Positions 63,146-64,000 of a DNA stretch of 64,000 nucleotides are shown one piece after another. The notes below the pieces were generated by a model. That model did no database searches and was not told the origin of the DNA. It worked only from the letters and a program-made list of their open reading frames with translations. The DNA lies in the NCBI GenBank assembly GCA_043822665.1, contig JBDRBM010000034.1, positions 3,757 to 67,756 of the forward strand. Direction: 5' to 3'. Position 1 is the stretch's first letter. Each line of letters starts with the position of its first letter. The stretch is from Candidatus Omnitrophota bacterium. GTDB lineage: Bacteria > Omnitrophota > Gorgyraeia > Gorgyraeales > Gorgyraeaceae. Made by a program: the position numbers and the translations under genes.

Positions 63146-63525
63146 CGTTCGAAAGATTAAAAACAGGTAAAAGAGGAGAAAATTTAGCGCGGATTTTTTT
63201 GGAACAACAGGGATACAGGATAATCGAGAGAAATTACAGGACAAGATGCGGCGAGATAGATATAATAGGCATAGATAAAGACTGCGTTTCCTTTGTGGAG
63301 GTTAGAACTGGTAACGCAAAAAGATTTGCTTTGCCGGAAGATTCTATCAATAAAAGGAAGCAGAATCAGATCGCGAAAAGCGCTTTGCTGTATATTAAAA
63401 GAAAACAGATAGAAGATCAAGATTGCAGGTTTGACGTTGTGTGCGTTGAAGGCGTAAACAGCGATTCTCCAAAAATAAGGCTTATCAAGAACGCGTTTGA
63501 ATTAGATACGTGGTATAGATATTGA
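63142..63525 (+). CDS. yraN: YraN-family (UPF0102) endonuclease-like protein
   Basis: GENLARIFLEQQGYRIIERNYRTRCGEIDIIG...FVEVRT. The ATG overlaps the rnhB stop (ATGA). Confidence 0.85.
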   Translation: MTFERLKTGKRGENLARIFLEQQGYRIIERNYRTRCGEIDIIGIDKDCVSFVEVRTGNAKRFALPEDSINKRKQNQIAKSALLYIKRKQIEDQDCRFDVVCVEGVNSDSPKIRLIKNAFELDTWYRY

Positions 63526-63632
63526 TTTAGTTCTTTGTTCTACCGCGTGTCAGCAGGCATAGAAGTATTATTGCGATGAGGAGAACAACCCCGGACAAAG
63601 TCCATGCTTATATAAATAACGGAGGTGGAAAA

Positions 63633-64000
63633 TTGACAAAAGTTCCGACTGATCTTGAGATAGCGCAGGCCGCCAAACTAAAACCCATCACTGAAATAGC
63701 CAGCCAGATCGGGATTAACGATGATGAGCTTGAATTATACGGTAAATACAAAGCAAAGATATCCCTTTCCATACTCAACCGCCTAAAAGATAAAAAACAA
63801 GGAAAATACATCGATGTTACCGCCATTACGCCAACCCCGCTTGGCGAGGGAAAGACCGTAACTACAATAGGCCTGAGCCTTGGCCTGGCAAAACTGGGCA
63901 AAAAAGTGATAACGACTTTGAGGCAGCCTTCCATGGGGCCTGTTTTCGGCATAAAAGGAGGCGCTGCTGGCGGCGGATATTCACAGGTCCTTCCAATGGA
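63633..64000 (+). CDS. fhs: Formate--tetrahydrofolate ligase (5' part; continues past the window)
   Basis: Not in the ORF track (open-ended). GGAGGTGG SD then TTG. The translation is [27 protein letters not shown]...[17 protein letters not shown]...[18 protein letters not shown]. Confidence 0.88.
   Translation, partial: MTKVPTDLEIAQAAKLKPITEIASQIGINDDELELYGKYKAKISLSILNRLKDKKQGKYIDVTAITPTPLGEGKTVTTIGLSLGLAKLGKKVITTLRQPSMGPVFGIKGGAAGGGYSQVLPM

Noticed and set aside
63608-63952. 114-aa minus-strand ORF
   Set aside because: It is antisense to a clear formate-tetrahydrofolate ligase reading frame ([20 protein letters not shown]) that the track missed because the frame runs off the window.

Overview
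Bacterial chromosomal window, tightly packed and coded almost entirely on the + strand. All calls come from reading motifs by eye; no searches or folding programs were run. 1-12.6 kb: the conserved ribosomal-protein super-operon. It holds the tail of the S10 operon, the spc operon with secY-adk-map, infA-rpmJ, and the alpha operon rpsM-rpsK-rpsD-rpoA-rplQ; there is no L30 gene. 12.9-21.2 kb: a central-metabolism block with an aminotransferase, a LeuC/LeuD-type dehydratase whose two subunit genes are separated by a pilT gene, an isocitrate-DH-like gene, mdh, lpdA and nadD. 21.4-35 kb: housekeeping genes (small Zn-ribbon protein, rsfS, GAF/HD-GYP, argS, an unusually short mfd, surA-like/pdxA/rsmA, gatCAB, ctpA, tsaD). 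35-42.4 kb: MgtC, a bactofilin-HTH fusion, an HTH-TM protein, larB, two tandem GspE/PilB-type ATPases, GspG/GspH-like pseudopilins and a GT2 glycosyltransferase. 42.7-52.5 kb is the only clearly accessory region. It is a cluster of signal-peptide proteins that I cannot assign to a characterised family. Its parts are a BNR propeller protein, a protein with three tandem fimbrial-subunit-like domains, a single-domain subunit-like protein, and a two-domain Ig-like chaperone-like protein. It also holds a 941-aa outer-membrane-type protein with a CpaC-N-like domain but no secretin domain. A convergent small secreted protein completes the cluster; its leader looks like a class I c-di-GMP (GEMM-I) riboswitch with its own promoter and terminator. 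This is my best candidate for an undescribed envelope fibre/adhesin assembly system under c-di-GMP control. 52.6-64 kb: polA, coaE, rho, rpmE, prfA-prmC, murA, rpsP-trmD-rplS, rnhB, yraN and the start of fhs. Intergenic regions carry several families of structured repeats: MITE-like elements, an AGGAA-N-TTCCT palindrome, TTAA-looped perfect hairpins and a covarying hairpin leader cassette. No rRNA, tRNA, CRISPR array, transposase or integrase was seen.
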